A stretch of 37,620 nucleotides of DNA. Origin: Nitrospirota bacterium (GTDB taxonomy: Bacteria > Nitrospinota_A > UBA7883). The position numbers and the translations under genes were made by a program. Numbering within the stretch: position 1 is the stretch's first letter; each line of letters begins with the position of its first letter. The DNA is taken from assembly GCA_011052055.1 (NCBI GenBank), contig DRJW01000143.1:1-37620 (forward strand). Direction: 5' to 3'. Below, one piece after another: positions 25,419 to 34,736 of this stretch. The notes below the pieces were generated by a model that made no database searches, had not been told where the DNA came from, and saw only the letters and a program-made list of their open reading frames with translations.

Positions 25419-26861
25419 ATGACAAACATCCTAACGCCACATTATACCAGCTTTAGCTCAAAAATAAATTTAAACCCAAGAAATATATTTATAGCATACT
25501 CTCTTACCTCTTTTTTACTCTTTTTGATCCCAGCCTACGCTCAAGGGCAAACAGAAAAAAGCCAGCCGGTTAAAACAGAAAAACAGCTTCAGGCGGGAGA
25601 GGTGAAAACTCCTACGGCCGCTACCAAGCCTTTCAAGCGATCCGAGCGGCCAGCGTCGGAGAAAGGCAAAAACTGGAAAGGCGTTATTTCCAAAAGCAGG
25701 ACAATAACCAATGCCAACAGAGCGGCTCCAGAAGCCGGTTTTGGAGACAAAACAGAGGCCGAAATCCAGAAGGAAAAGCCGAGAGAAGCTAAGATCGGGG
25801 TTCTTGGCGCAATGACCGGCCAGCTAAAACGATTCGGCATGGACGCCTCAAACGGAGCGGAGCTTGCCTCGGATGAATTAAACGCTAAAGGCGGAATCAG
25901 GGGTAAACAGTTCGAGCTTCTTGTCTTCGACACAAGAGGCGCGATCGCAGGCGCAAGGCAAGGAGTGGAGACTTTGTTACGACATAAAACCATCGGCATA
26001 GTCGGGGCGGCCACAGGAGAAGTCAGCTTCTCCGCTACTAAATTGCTTAACGACAACCAGATGATTATGGTTTCCGCCGGCTCCAGAAGGCGCCTGGGAG
26101 ACACCGGCCCCTACAATTTCAGGAACACGTTAAACGACGCGGACGGCATCGGGTCGCTGATTGACTATATCTCAAAAAACAGGAAGTGGAAAACTGTCGC
26201 GTTGTTTAGCTCCGTGCTTAATGACTACTCAATACAGCTAAACGCAATATTCAAGTCGAAGCTTATGGAGCATAACTATGACATTACTCACGAGCTCTAC
26301 CTCTGGTCAGACGCCATGAGCAATATAGGTGAAGATGAGCAGACGATCGTCGGCCAGGTAAAAAAACTTCAAAAAAATCCCCCTGATTTTGTCGTGTTTT
26401 CAGGCAACGGAAAAGAAGCGGTGAAGGTTGTTAACGAGATGAGGAGAAGAAGCCTGAATATCCCTCTGATGGGGGCCGAGGATATGGATGTTCCGGAATT
26501 GGCCGCTTTGGGCGCCAAGGCGGCCGGCGCTCTGATCTATAGCGGGTTTAACGTAAACTCAAAAACCCCCAAAGTCGCGGCTTTCGTAAACATGTATAAA
26601 AAGAAATTCGGCGCTCCGCCCACACGTCTTGCGGCGTTAAGTTATGACACATACCAGCTACTGGCCCAGGCCATTGAAAACGCTAAGTCGATGCGTCCAA
26701 GCCATGTGCGGGAAGCCCTGCTTTCCATTAAGAATTTTAATGGCGTCACCGGCGTAACAAGCATCGGCCCTACTGGCGAGGCTGTGAAAAAGGCATTTAT
26801 TTTCGAGTTGAAAAAGCAGGACGGCAAGTACAGTTTTGTGAATATACAAGAAGGTTATTAA
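25419..26861 (+). CDS. LivK-like type 1 periplasmic binding protein with a roughly 120-aa low-complexity N-terminal extension
   Basis: KIGVLGAMTGQLKRFGMDASNGAELASDELNAKGGIRGKQFELLVFDTRG is the characteristic start of branched-chain amino-acid-type binding proteins. It is preceded by a Lys/Glu/Pro/Thr-rich spacer. Confidence 0.8.
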   Translation: MTNILTPHYTSFSSKINLNPRNIFIAYSLTSFLLFLIPAYAQGQTEKSQPVKTEKQLQAGEVKTPTAATKPFKRSERPASEKGKNWKGVISKSRTITNANRAAPEAGFGDKTEAEIQKEKPREAKIGVLGAMTGQLKRFGMDASNGAELASDELNAKGGIRGKQFELLVFDTRGAIAGARQGVETLLRHKTIGIVGAATGEVSFSATKLLNDNQMIMVSAGSRRRLGDTGPYNFRNTLNDADGIGSLIDYISKNRKWKTVALFSSVLNDYSIQLNAIFKSKLMEHNYDITHELYLWSDAMSNIGEDEQTIVGQVKKLQKNPPDFVVFSGNGKEAVKVVNEMRRRSLNIPLMGAEDMDVPELAALGAKAAGALIYSGFNVNSKTPKVAAFVNMYKKKFGAPPTRLAALSYDTYQLLAQAIENAKSMRPSHVREALLSIKNFNGVTGVTSIGPTGEAVKKAFIFELKKQDGKYSFVNIQEGY

Positions 26862-26893
26862 ATTCAGGCAAGCCAATCTTAAGAGCGCAAAAC

Positions 26894-27742
26894 ATGATTG
26901 TTAAAGTTGCTTATGGGCCGGGACGGACTTTAGCGTTAAGACTTGTTGTGACATGCGCTTTGGCGTTGTCCGCCGCTTTGGCGCCGCCGCTTTATTGCGC
27001 CGACGATGATATGGTCTTCATACCCGAAGGAGAATTTCTGATGGGTAGCGCCGATGAGCAGATAGAGAAGCTCAAAGAGGTTTATGGCAAACACAGGCTT
27101 TACGGCGCTTATCCGTTTGACTGGGAAAAGCCTCAAAGACATATAGTCCTAAAAGCGTTTTATATAGATAAATACGAAGTTTCCAACAGGCGATACGCGA
27201 AGTACGTTAAGGCAACCAACGCTAAACCACCTTTAAACTGGGTCAATAGAGTCCCTCAGCCTTACTATGCAGATCACCCGGTTCTGTTTATTTCCCAGGA
27301 AGAGGCGAAAGCTTTTGCGAAATGGGCGGGTAAGCGGTTGCCGACAGAAGCGGAGTGGGAGAAAGCCGCAAGGGGCGTTAAAGGCGGCGTATACCCCTGG
27401 GGCGACGAATTCGATCCATACATGGCCGCCACAGCCGACTCTGACCTCAAGCTGATTATCGGCGCTTTGAACGCCGCTAATCACGCCAATAGAATCGGTC
27501 TGTCGCCGGGAGATGTCAGCCCTTTCGGAGTTCATGACATGGCGGGAAATGTGAGGGAATGGACATCTTCTTCAGACAAGAAAGACCCCACGATGAAAGT
27601 GGTCAAAGGAGCGTCATGGGTTGACCTGAGCCTGCTGGCAAGATCCGCCCACAGGGAATTCGTATATAAAGATTTCAGGAGCCACATCATCGGTTTCCGC
27701 CTTGTCAAAGACGCTAAAGCCGGGAAAACGAACAAGAGATAA
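26894..27742 (+). CDS. formylglycine-generating enzyme (FGE/SUMF1) domain protein, secreted
   Basis: Motifs RLPTEAEWEKAARG, YPWGD and HDMAGNVREWT. It is a paralogue of the 24701-25354 product. Confidence 0.8.
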   Translation: MIVKVAYGPGRTLALRLVVTCALALSAALAPPLYCADDDMVFIPEGEFLMGSADEQIEKLKEVYGKHRLYGAYPFDWEKPQRHIVLKAFYIDKYEVSNRRYAKYVKATNAKPPLNWVNRVPQPYYADHPVLFISQEEAKAFAKWAGKRLPTEAEWEKAARGVKGGVYPWGDEFDPYMAATADSDLKLIIGALNAANHANRIGLSPGDVSPFGVHDMAGNVREWTSSSDKKDPTMKVVKGASWVDLSLLARSAHREFVYKDFRSHIIGFRLVKDAKAGKTNKR

Positions 27743-27770
27743 CCGACATCGCTTAAGGAGCCAGGTGGCA

Positions 27771-29732
27771 ATGTTTAACAGGATATGGAAAAAGCTCACT
27801 ATCGCGTTTATGCTGGTGGCGCTGACTCCGATAGCCTATTTCGGCTATCAAGACCTGCAGGCCGCCAAATCATCAATTCTGGACGAGGCGCTAAAGGAAA
27901 TCTTTTTAAACAGCGTAACCAGGTCGAAAGAAATTGAGAGGGCGTTTATTAACGCCCATATGGACATCAGGTATTTGCGGTCGATTTTCTCTGTTCAGTT
28001 TCTTCTCGAAGCCGTCCGCGACAAGCCGGAGGAAGCGGGATTCTGGAAATCCCTGGTGGAGAAAGAATTCATCAGGTTTCTTTCCGTAAGGCGCGGGTAT
28101 TCGAGAATCGGCCTGCTCGACGACTACGGAAACGAGACGCTGGTTGTGTTTCGTAACGGAAACCAGATCGTTTCCCTTGGAGACATGCACAGACGCAACA
28201 GACTGACATCCTCTTACTACGTTGAGGCCGCCCAACAAGGCAGATATGGCGTGACGGCTATTCCCATGACCAATATCGTACACCCCGGTCACGACCTTCG
28301 CCGGATTACTTTGGTGCGATACGCCACAAAAGCGCTGGATCAGGATTCCGGGGCTTTAGGAGTGATATATCTGGATCTGAACGGTTCGGAAATTTATGAA
28401 GGATTGAGTCAAACATCACTGGAGCGCAAGCGGTCTGCGGCGCTTGTGACAAGTAAAGGTAATTTTATTTTCAATCCATACGTAAATACCGGTCTGGACG
28501 CAGCGCGGATGAAACCATACTCCGATATGAGGGTCTCATACCCTAAAGCTGTCGTCTCGCAGATACTCTCCGGCCGGTCGGGAATAATATCCGACGATCC
28601 TGACAACCTTTTCGCATACAGCGCCGTTTATCCAGAGCCAGCCGACAAAAGCAGGTTTTACGTAGTGTTTGACGTATATCCCAAAAAGCTTTTCTCAGAA
28701 AAGCTGTATGAGATCAAGAAAAAATATATCCTGGCCGCTCTTGGCGCTTTTGGGTTTGTGATTATAGTGGCGGTGATCCTTTCCCGCGCGCTTACAAGGC
28801 CGATCAACAAGCTGATAGACGGAGTGGAGCGCGCCGGCAGACGTGAACTCGACCACAGGATAGATATAAAGTCTGGCGATGAGATCGAATCGTTGGCCAA
28901 AGCCTATAACATGATGGCAGATTCGCTAAAAGAGTATTCCGAGACACTTGAAAAAAAAGTAGAGGAGCGCTCCGAGCGTATTAAGCAGGTGGAGCGAAAA
29001 CTGATGCAGGCTGAAAAGCTGGCGGCGATAGGTTTCCTGAGCGCCGGGGTGGCCCACGAGATAAACAATCCTATTTCCATCGTTGTTACCAGGCTTGAGC
29101 TTATCGAAAAAGCCATAGAAAAAGGAGACATGGAGACCGTCCGTAAAGACCTGGGGGTGTTAAGAAGCCATTCTGCGCGCATAGGAAGGATAGCGGGAAA
29201 CCTGCTTACATTTTCAAGAAGCGGGTCTGGCGAGCCGGGGCAGGTCGATCTGAACGATATTGTGAGGGTGGTGGCGGATCTCATAGAGTATCCGGCAAAG
29301 AAAAAGGGGATGGACATAGTTGTGGATCTAGAGCCGGGTCTTCCATTCGTCTGGGCGAACGCCTCCGGCATAGAGCAGGTGATTTACAATATAGCCTATA
29401 ACGCCTATCAGGCCTCCTCGTCCGGTCAAAAAATAGAGATCACGACAAGATCGGCCGGCGGCGGTAAAGTGAAGCTTGAAATAAAAGATAGAGGACACGG
29501 AATTCCCAAAGAGAAAGTCAAGCGGGTCTTCGAGCCTTTTTTTACCACAAAAGAAGTGGGCCAGGGCACAGGCCTGGGCCTTTCAATAAGCTACGGTCTT
29601 GTGAAAGGATTTGGCGGCTCTATAGAAGTTGACTCCGATCCAGACACGGGAACCGTATTCACCGTGACACTCGACACGGGATCAAAAATGTTATCCGAAA
29701 ATAATAAAGGCCTGATTTCGGCGGATGTCTGA
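27771..29732 (+). CDS. sensor histidine kinase (extracytoplasmic sensor, HAMP, HisKA, HATPase_c)
   Basis: The track ORF starts at 27702, inside the upstream gene. The ATG at 27771 follows AAGGAG. Canonical H-box GVAHEINNP. N box YNIAYNAYQA, G1 DRGHGI, F box FEPFFTTK and G2 GTGLGLS. Confidence 0.9.
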   Translation: MFNRIWKKLTIAFMLVALTPIAYFGYQDLQAAKSSILDEALKEIFLNSVTRSKEIERAFINAHMDIRYLRSIFSVQFLLEAVRDKPEEAGFWKSLVEKEFIRFLSVRRGYSRIGLLDDYGNETLVVFRNGNQIVSLGDMHRRNRLTSSYYVEAAQQGRYGVTAIPMTNIVHPGHDLRRITLVRYATKALDQDSGALGVIYLDLNGSEIYEGLSQTSLERKRSAALVTSKGNFIFNPYVNTGLDAARMKPYSDMRVSYPKAVVSQILSGRSGIISDDPDNLFAYSAVYPEPADKSRFYVVFDVYPKKLFSEKLYEIKKKYILAALGAFGFVIIVAVILSRALTRPINKLIDGVERAGRRELDHRIDIKSGDEIESLAKAYNMMADSLKEYSETLEKKVEERSERIKQVERKLMQAEKLAAIGFLSAGVAHEINNPISIVVTRLELIEKAIEKGDMETVRKDLGVLRSHSARIGRIAGNLLTFSRSGSGEPGQVDLNDIVRVVADLIEYPAKKKGMDIVVDLEPGLPFVWANASGIEQVIYNIAYNAYQASSSGQKIEITTRSAGGGKVKLEIKDRGHGIPKEKVKRVFEPFFTTKEVGQGTGLGLSISYGLVKGFGGSIEVDSDPDTGTVFTVTLDTGSKMLSENNKGLISADV

Positions 29733-31164
29733 AAACAAAAAGATAAAAGGGACTGTCCTGGTCATAGACGACGAGCCTGACCTTCTGGAAAGCTATGCGC
29801 GCATATTGGAGGCCGGGCGCTACAAGTGTATAACCACAAGCGATCCTTTCGAGGCTTCCAGCCTGGCCCTCTCCGCCCGGCCAAACGCAGTAATTACCGA
29901 TTTTAAAATGCCCGGTAAAAGCGGAGTTGATATCCTACGGGACGTGCGGCGCCAGATACCCTATGTGCCTGTAATCATAATATCGGCATATGCTACTGTA
30001 GAAGGCGTTGTGGAGGCGGTGAAGCTAGGAGCGTTCGATTACCTGCCAAAACCTTTCACCAGCGACCAGTTGATTATCACAGTTCGCAGGGCGGTCGATC
30101 AATGCAGGCTTTACCTGGAGAACATCGCCCTGAAAGACAAGCTACAAGAGGATTTTTTCAATCACCATCTCGTGGGGAAGCATCCACGGATTCTTAAAAT
30201 TATCAAAATGATCGAAAAAGTCTCGGCCGCCAAGACAAATATACTGCTCTATGGTGAGCAGGGGGTCGGTAAAGAGCAGGTAGCAAGGGCGATACACAAA
30301 AACAGCGAAAGAGCGAACGGGCCGTTTGTGCCAGTCGATTCGGCCACATTGACCAGAGAAAACCTGGAGGCGGCTCCTGTAAAAGGCGCAAACAGATCGT
30401 CTGACAGTCAGAACAAAAGCGTTTTTGAGGCCGCAGAGGGAGGCGTTTTATATCTTGAGAAAATAGAGGATCTCGACATCGGAATACAGGCCAAGTTGTT
30501 AAAAGCGCTCCAAGATAAAGAGACGGTTCGGCGGGGCGGATGGGAAGCGGTTCGTATCGACGTGAGAATGATAGCCTCCAGCACACGCGACCTGCGCGAG
30601 GCGTTGAATGATGGCCAGTTGCGCGAAGACCTCTACTATCACCTCAATATACTGAAGATCGAAATTCCGCCCCTTCGTCATCGAAAAGAGGATATTGGTA
30701 TCTTGTGCGATCATTTTCTGAAAGAATACGCTCGCAGAGAAGACACCAGACCCAAAACACTCAGCTTCGAATCGCTATCGAAGCTTATGGAATATAATTG
30801 GCCCGGCAACATAAGTGAGCTTAGAGACGTGATAGAGACAGAGGCTTCGCTATCAAACAGCGATACGCTTGCGCTTAAAGATATCCCGGAAAACGCGCAA
30901 CCGCCGGGCCCCTTGAGCGGTTTGACTTTCAAAGAGGCCAAGCGCGTATGGATGAGGCAATTTGAAAGACAATTTCTAGAGGACCTTCTTTTGATGAACA
31001 AAGGTAATATATCCCAGGCGTCAGAAGAGGCGGGTATAGCGAGGATGTCGTTATATAGAATGTTAAAAAGAAACGACCTGACTAAACTTGCCCTCCATGA
31101 GCGTTCTGTGGAAAAAGGACGCCTCTCGGACGAAGGCCCGGAAACGGGCGGGCGGCGGAAATGA
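29725..31164 (+). CDS. NtrC-family response regulator with a degenerate AAA+ core (no GAFTGA) and a Fis-type HTH
   Basis: The start overlaps the kinase stop by 8 nt. The receiver domain is intact (VIDDEPD, ITDFKMPG, LPKPF). In the central domain:
- Walker A reads GEQGVGKE.
- GANRSS replaces GAFTGA.
- LYLEKI replaces LFLDEI.

The C-terminal HTH is NISQASEEAGIARMSLYRMLKR. Confidence 0.85.
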   Translation: MSENKKIKGTVLVIDDEPDLLESYARILEAGRYKCITTSDPFEASSLALSARPNAVITDFKMPGKSGVDILRDVRRQIPYVPVIIISAYATVEGVVEAVKLGAFDYLPKPFTSDQLIITVRRAVDQCRLYLENIALKDKLQEDFFNHHLVGKHPRILKIIKMIEKVSAAKTNILLYGEQGVGKEQVARAIHKNSERANGPFVPVDSATLTRENLEAAPVKGANRSSDSQNKSVFEAAEGGVLYLEKIEDLDIGIQAKLLKALQDKETVRRGGWEAVRIDVRMIASSTRDLREALNDGQLREDLYYHLNILKIEIPPLRHRKEDIGILCDHFLKEYARREDTRPKTLSFESLSKLMEYNWPGNISELRDVIETEASLSNSDTLALKDIPENAQPPGPLSGLTFKEAKRVWMRQFERQFLEDLLLMNKGNISQASEEAGIARMSLYRMLKRNDLTKLALHERSVEKGRLSDEGPETGGRRK

Positions 31165-31218
31165 AGTTGTTATTTTCCCGGCGTTCGGCAAGCTCCGTTC
31201 AGTTTTTATAAGCCAGAC

Positions 31219-33963
31219 GTGAACGCCCAAAAAATATACACCGTCTCCTTTTTCATGTCCGGCGCCGCCGGTCTGATATACCAGATTGTCTGGATAAGGA
31301 TGTTCTCCCTTGTATTCGGCGCTACTGTCTTCGCGGTGTCGATGGTGGTGGCCGCTTTTTTAGCAGGCCTTGCGTTAGGCAGTCATTTCCTGGGGCAATG
31401 GGCGGATCGTCTGGAAAAACCGGTGGCCTGGTACATAGCGCTGGAAGTGGCTATAGCCGTATCGGCCATAGCGGTCAGCGGCTCGATAGATACACTCGAT
31501 AATCTTGTCACCGGCATGATGACGGTGGAGTCGATCGGATCGCTCGGCTGGCAGGCTTTAAGGTTTGTTTTACTTTTCACCATACTGCTTATTCCCACCT
31601 TCCTCATGGGGGGGGCTCTGCCGGTGATGAGTAAATTCTACGTAAAAAATTTCGACGGTATAGGCCTTGGAATAGGATCGCTTTACGCGGCCAACACATA
31701 TGGGGCGATGGCGGGATGTTTTTTCGCCGGATATCTTTTGATCAGCCAGCTGGGTGTGTGGGGCGCGTTGATGACGGCCTTCTGGCTGAATGTGGCTGTG
31801 GCCTCCCTGGTCTGGGCCGCTCCGACCGGAGTAATCAAGGAAAAAAAGAAAACGAAAAAAGCTAAAGGGAAGAAAAAAAAGCGCGAGACGCCGGTCGATA
31901 ACAGGCCGGATGAAGCGCCATTTACAGCAAAGATACCCCTGGAGCTGTCATTGCTTTTGGCGGGGCTGGCCGGCTTTACGGCGTTGGCTTTCGAAATTTT
32001 ATGGACTCGCGCGTTCATAGTCTCTTTTAAGTCTACTGTATATCTGTTTAGTAATCTTTTGACGGTCTACCTGCTGGGGATTGCGCTGGGAAGCCATTTC
32101 TTTTCAAAAAGGCTCGACAGCCTCAAAGACCCGATGCGGCTTTTCGGGTTCGCGCAGATAATGATAGGCGTCTGGGGGTTTGTAAGCGTTTGGTTGTTCT
32201 ACAAGTTCCCTGATTTGGCCGAGGGGGCCGGGGCGGCTTTAAATGGAATGAGCCTTGGCAAGGATGTCTTTATAACACTCGGTTTAATGGCGCTCGGTTT
32301 TCTGTTTCCCACTTTCCTTTTCGGGGTGTCTTATCCTTTGATATGCCGCGTAACCACCGATTCGATCAGCTCTCTTGGCAGGTACGCCGGCATGGTTTAC
32401 GCCGTAGGAACCATGGGCGGTATCGCCGGATCACTGTCTGCGGGTTTTCTCTTCTTGCCACTGCTTGGGCTTCAGAAAAGCTTGTTCCTTGTATCTGTCA
32501 TAGGTATGGGCATCGGCTACATTTCCCTGTTGTCGGCGGTTTCGCGCAGAGGAACCGGCTGGGTGTTTCCTGTGTCGGCCATAACAGCGATGCTTGTTGT
32601 CGTGAGCATATTGATATCGGGCGTCGATATCGGGCTTGGCGGCGCCTCCAAAGATAGAATCGTATTTTCCGAAGAAGATGTTATGGGGACGGTAAAAGTC
32701 ATGCAAAACCGGGAAAAAGGCCCGTTGACACTAATGGTCAACAACTATCAGCTTGCCACCAGTGACGATGTGGCTGTCCGTTTCGGGCATATTCCGCTCC
32801 TCCTCAAGCCGGACGCCAAGGACGTTTTGCTCATATCCCTGGGGTCAGGCATCACCGCAGGCTCGGTGGGACGTCATCCGGTAGAAAGAATCGATTGCGT
32901 CGAGATAGTTCCGTCGCTTATCGACGCTCAATATCTTTTCGACAAGGACAACCACAACATCATAGCCGATAAACGTTTTCACCTTACGCTCTGGGACGGA
33001 CGGCACTACCTCAAGGTTACAAACCGTAAATACGACCTGGTGATATCCGACCTGTTCCAGCCAGACAGCGCCGGCGTGGGAAGCCTCTACTCGCTGGAGC
33101 ACTTTAAAAATGTGAAATCAAAACTCAAAAGGGGGGGCGCCATGGCCCAGTGGCTTCCCCTGTACCAGCTTTCCCCCGATAACCTCAAAGTGATTATGCG
33201 TACTTTCGCCTACGCTTTCGAGCATGTCCTCGTATGGTCGGGTGATATAAACGCCGAGCTTCCAACATTGATGCTTCTGGGCTCCGCCGAGCCTATAGGG
33301 TTTGAACTCGATTCACTGGTAAAAGCTTTTCAAAATGAAGATGTGCGAAAAGACATGATCGAAAGCTCCGATCCCCTTTCCTTCCTTAGTTTTTTCGTTA
33401 TGGAGAGGCCGGGCGTTCTGGAATTTACAAACGGGCATAAAATAAACACTGACAACCTGCCCCTGATAGAATATACCGCACCCGGTAATATCTGGGCCAG
33501 ATCGGCCAACGCAATCAAAAATTTCAGATCTCTGATTAAAGCCAGGGAAAAGATAAACCTGACGGCATCGAAATCGGCGGATAGTAAAAAGCTGGCCGAG
33601 GCTGTTGGAAAATATTTCAAGGGAAGGGAGTTGCTACTTGAGGGAAGAATCGATCATGCGTCACGTAACTATCCCGACGAGTTAAGGAAATATAAACAAG
33701 CCGCTAAGCTGACCCCCCCGGACCCTTTTCTGGGTCTCGCGATTTTTGATCTTGGTTTTATGTATTTCAACAGGGGAGATTTCAAAACGGCAACGAAAAT
33801 TTTCAAGTGGGCTAAACTCATTAATAACAACCTGCTGGAAGTTCATTTCTATCTTGCAAAAGCGTACCAGTACCAAGGCTTGGATAAGGAGGCTTTAGAA
33901 GCGCTTAAAGAGCTTGAGCGATTGAACCCGGAATTAACCGAGACGCTACTAAAGCAGAAATAA
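31219..33963 (+). CDS. fused polytopic membrane / spermidine-synthase-like methyltransferase-fold / TPR protein
   Basis: GTG start. The N-terminus FFMSGAAGLIYQIVWIRMFSLVFG is typical of fused MFS/spermidine synthase proteins. A central SAM-fold-like segment follows (VLLISLGSGITAG ... DLVISDLFQPD). The C-terminus has TPR-like repeats. Confidence 0.7.
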   Translation: MNAQKIYTVSFFMSGAAGLIYQIVWIRMFSLVFGATVFAVSMVVAAFLAGLALGSHFLGQWADRLEKPVAWYIALEVAIAVSAIAVSGSIDTLDNLVTGMMTVESIGSLGWQALRFVLLFTILLIPTFLMGGALPVMSKFYVKNFDGIGLGIGSLYAANTYGAMAGCFFAGYLLISQLGVWGALMTAFWLNVAVASLVWAAPTGVIKEKKKTKKAKGKKKKRETPVDNRPDEAPFTAKIPLELSLLLAGLAGFTALAFEILWTRAFIVSFKSTVYLFSNLLTVYLLGIALGSHFFSKRLDSLKDPMRLFGFAQIMIGVWGFVSVWLFYKFPDLAEGAGAALNGMSLGKDVFITLGLMALGFLFPTFLFGVSYPLICRVTTDSISSLGRYAGMVYAVGTMGGIAGSLSAGFLFLPLLGLQKSLFLVSVIGMGIGYISLLSAVSRRGTGWVFPVSAITAMLVVVSILISGVDIGLGGASKDRIVFSEEDVMGTVKVMQNREKGPLTLMVNNYQLATSDDVAVRFGHIPLLLKPDAKDVLLISLGSGITAGSVGRHPVERIDCVEIVPSLIDAQYLFDKDNHNIIADKRFHLTLWDGRHYLKVTNRKYDLVISDLFQPDSAGVGSLYSLEHFKNVKSKLKRGGAMAQWLPLYQLSPDNLKVIMRTFAYAFEHVLVWSGDINAELPTLMLLGSAEPIGFELDSLVKAFQNEDVRKDMIESSDPLSFLSFFVMERPGVLEFTNGHKINTDNLPLIEYTAPGNIWARSANAIKNFRSLIKAREKINLTASKSADSKKLAEAVGKYFKGRELLLEGRIDHASRNYPDELRKYKQAAKLTPPDPFLGLAIFDLGFMYFNRGDFKTATKIFKWAKLINNNLLEVHFYLAKAYQYQGLDKEALEALKELERLNPELTETLLKQK

Positions 33964-34205
33964 ACTCGCCCCTTCGTATAACGAAACGTTCTCTTTATTT
34001 TAAAACGAATAATATAAAAGCAACATCGGTGAAAACAGGCCCGGCTCAAGGTAACATATTGATTGATAGTGAGTTACTGGTTTTTCAGGAGTCAATCCCG
34101 CTCAGAGAGAATTAGAATGGTTATTTTATTTGATTCAACGCCGATTAGCGCTATTAGAACAGATTGAAATATAACCAGTTAACTTTATATTTAATTCCAT
34201 TTACT

Positions 34206-34221
34206 TGGTATATCGTTTGCA
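34206..34221 (+). promoter_or_regulatory. candidate sigma-54 (-24/-12) promoter of the NosZ-like unit
   Basis: TGGTATATCGTTTGCA. GG is at 34207-34208 and GC at 34219-34220, in the exact 12-nt register, with a perfect TTGCA -12 box. It lies 70 nt upstream of the ATG at 34291. An 8-bp palindrome, TAGCGCTA, sits at 34146-34153. Confidence 0.5.
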
Positions 34222-34290
34222 TTCTCAGGTTGCCCATACATCCGTTTTATGCGGAATTATGTAACTTATTGAATGGAAGGGGGTGTCTAA

Positions 34291-34713
34291 ATGAAAAAGA
34301 CAAAAATTCTTGTGTCCATGGTTTTTGCGGTTGTGTTGGCTCTGTCTGCTTTTACCGTCTCGACTGTTTACGCTGGGGCGCTAGGCAACGGCTCTGCAAT
34401 AACAGACACTCTTCAGATTGGTGTTATCACGAGCTTAGGTGATCGCAAACTTACGATCAAGACCGAGTTTGAGAAGACTCCGAAAAGCTATTCGCTTGAG
34501 CTTCTGCCTGAGTGCTATGTTATGACAGCCATGAGAGGCCATTTCAAGAAATTCAAGGAGCTCAAAAAGGGCGATCTGATCGCCGCCTATGGCTGGTACA
34601 AAGGAGGAAAGTGGAATGCTCGCAGGATCGACATTCTAGACAGGAACGATTATCTGATCAAGCGCCTGGCTTCAGACGCAAAATCGGGTAGTTATTACAA
34701 ACATGAAAGATAA
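34291..34713 (+). CDS. secreted hypothetical protein
   Basis: GGAAGGGGG precedes the ATG. Signal peptide MKKTKILVSMVFAVVLALSAFTVSTVYA-G. I recognise no family. Confidence 0.6.
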   Translation: MKKTKILVSMVFAVVLALSAFTVSTVYAGALGNGSAITDTLQIGVITSLGDRKLTIKTEFEKTPKSYSLELLPECYVMTAMRGHFKKFKELKKGDLIAAYGWYKGGKWNARRIDILDRNDYLIKRLASDAKSGSYYKHER

Positions 34714-34736
34714 CCTAAGATAGGGGGTGAGCAGTT

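Noticed and set aside
27702-27770. The N-terminal extension of the second sensor kinase, which overlaps the FGE gene by 41 nt.
   Set aside because: The ATG at 27771 is preceded by AAGGAG and starts directly at the first TM helix. The extension is Arg/Lys-rich with no RBS.
34164-34442. 92-aa track ORF overlapping the sigma-54 promoter and the start of the 140-aa gene.
   Set aside because: It is Cys-rich and out of frame with the 34291 gene, which has a strong SD and a signal peptide. It would also bury the promoter inside coding sequence.
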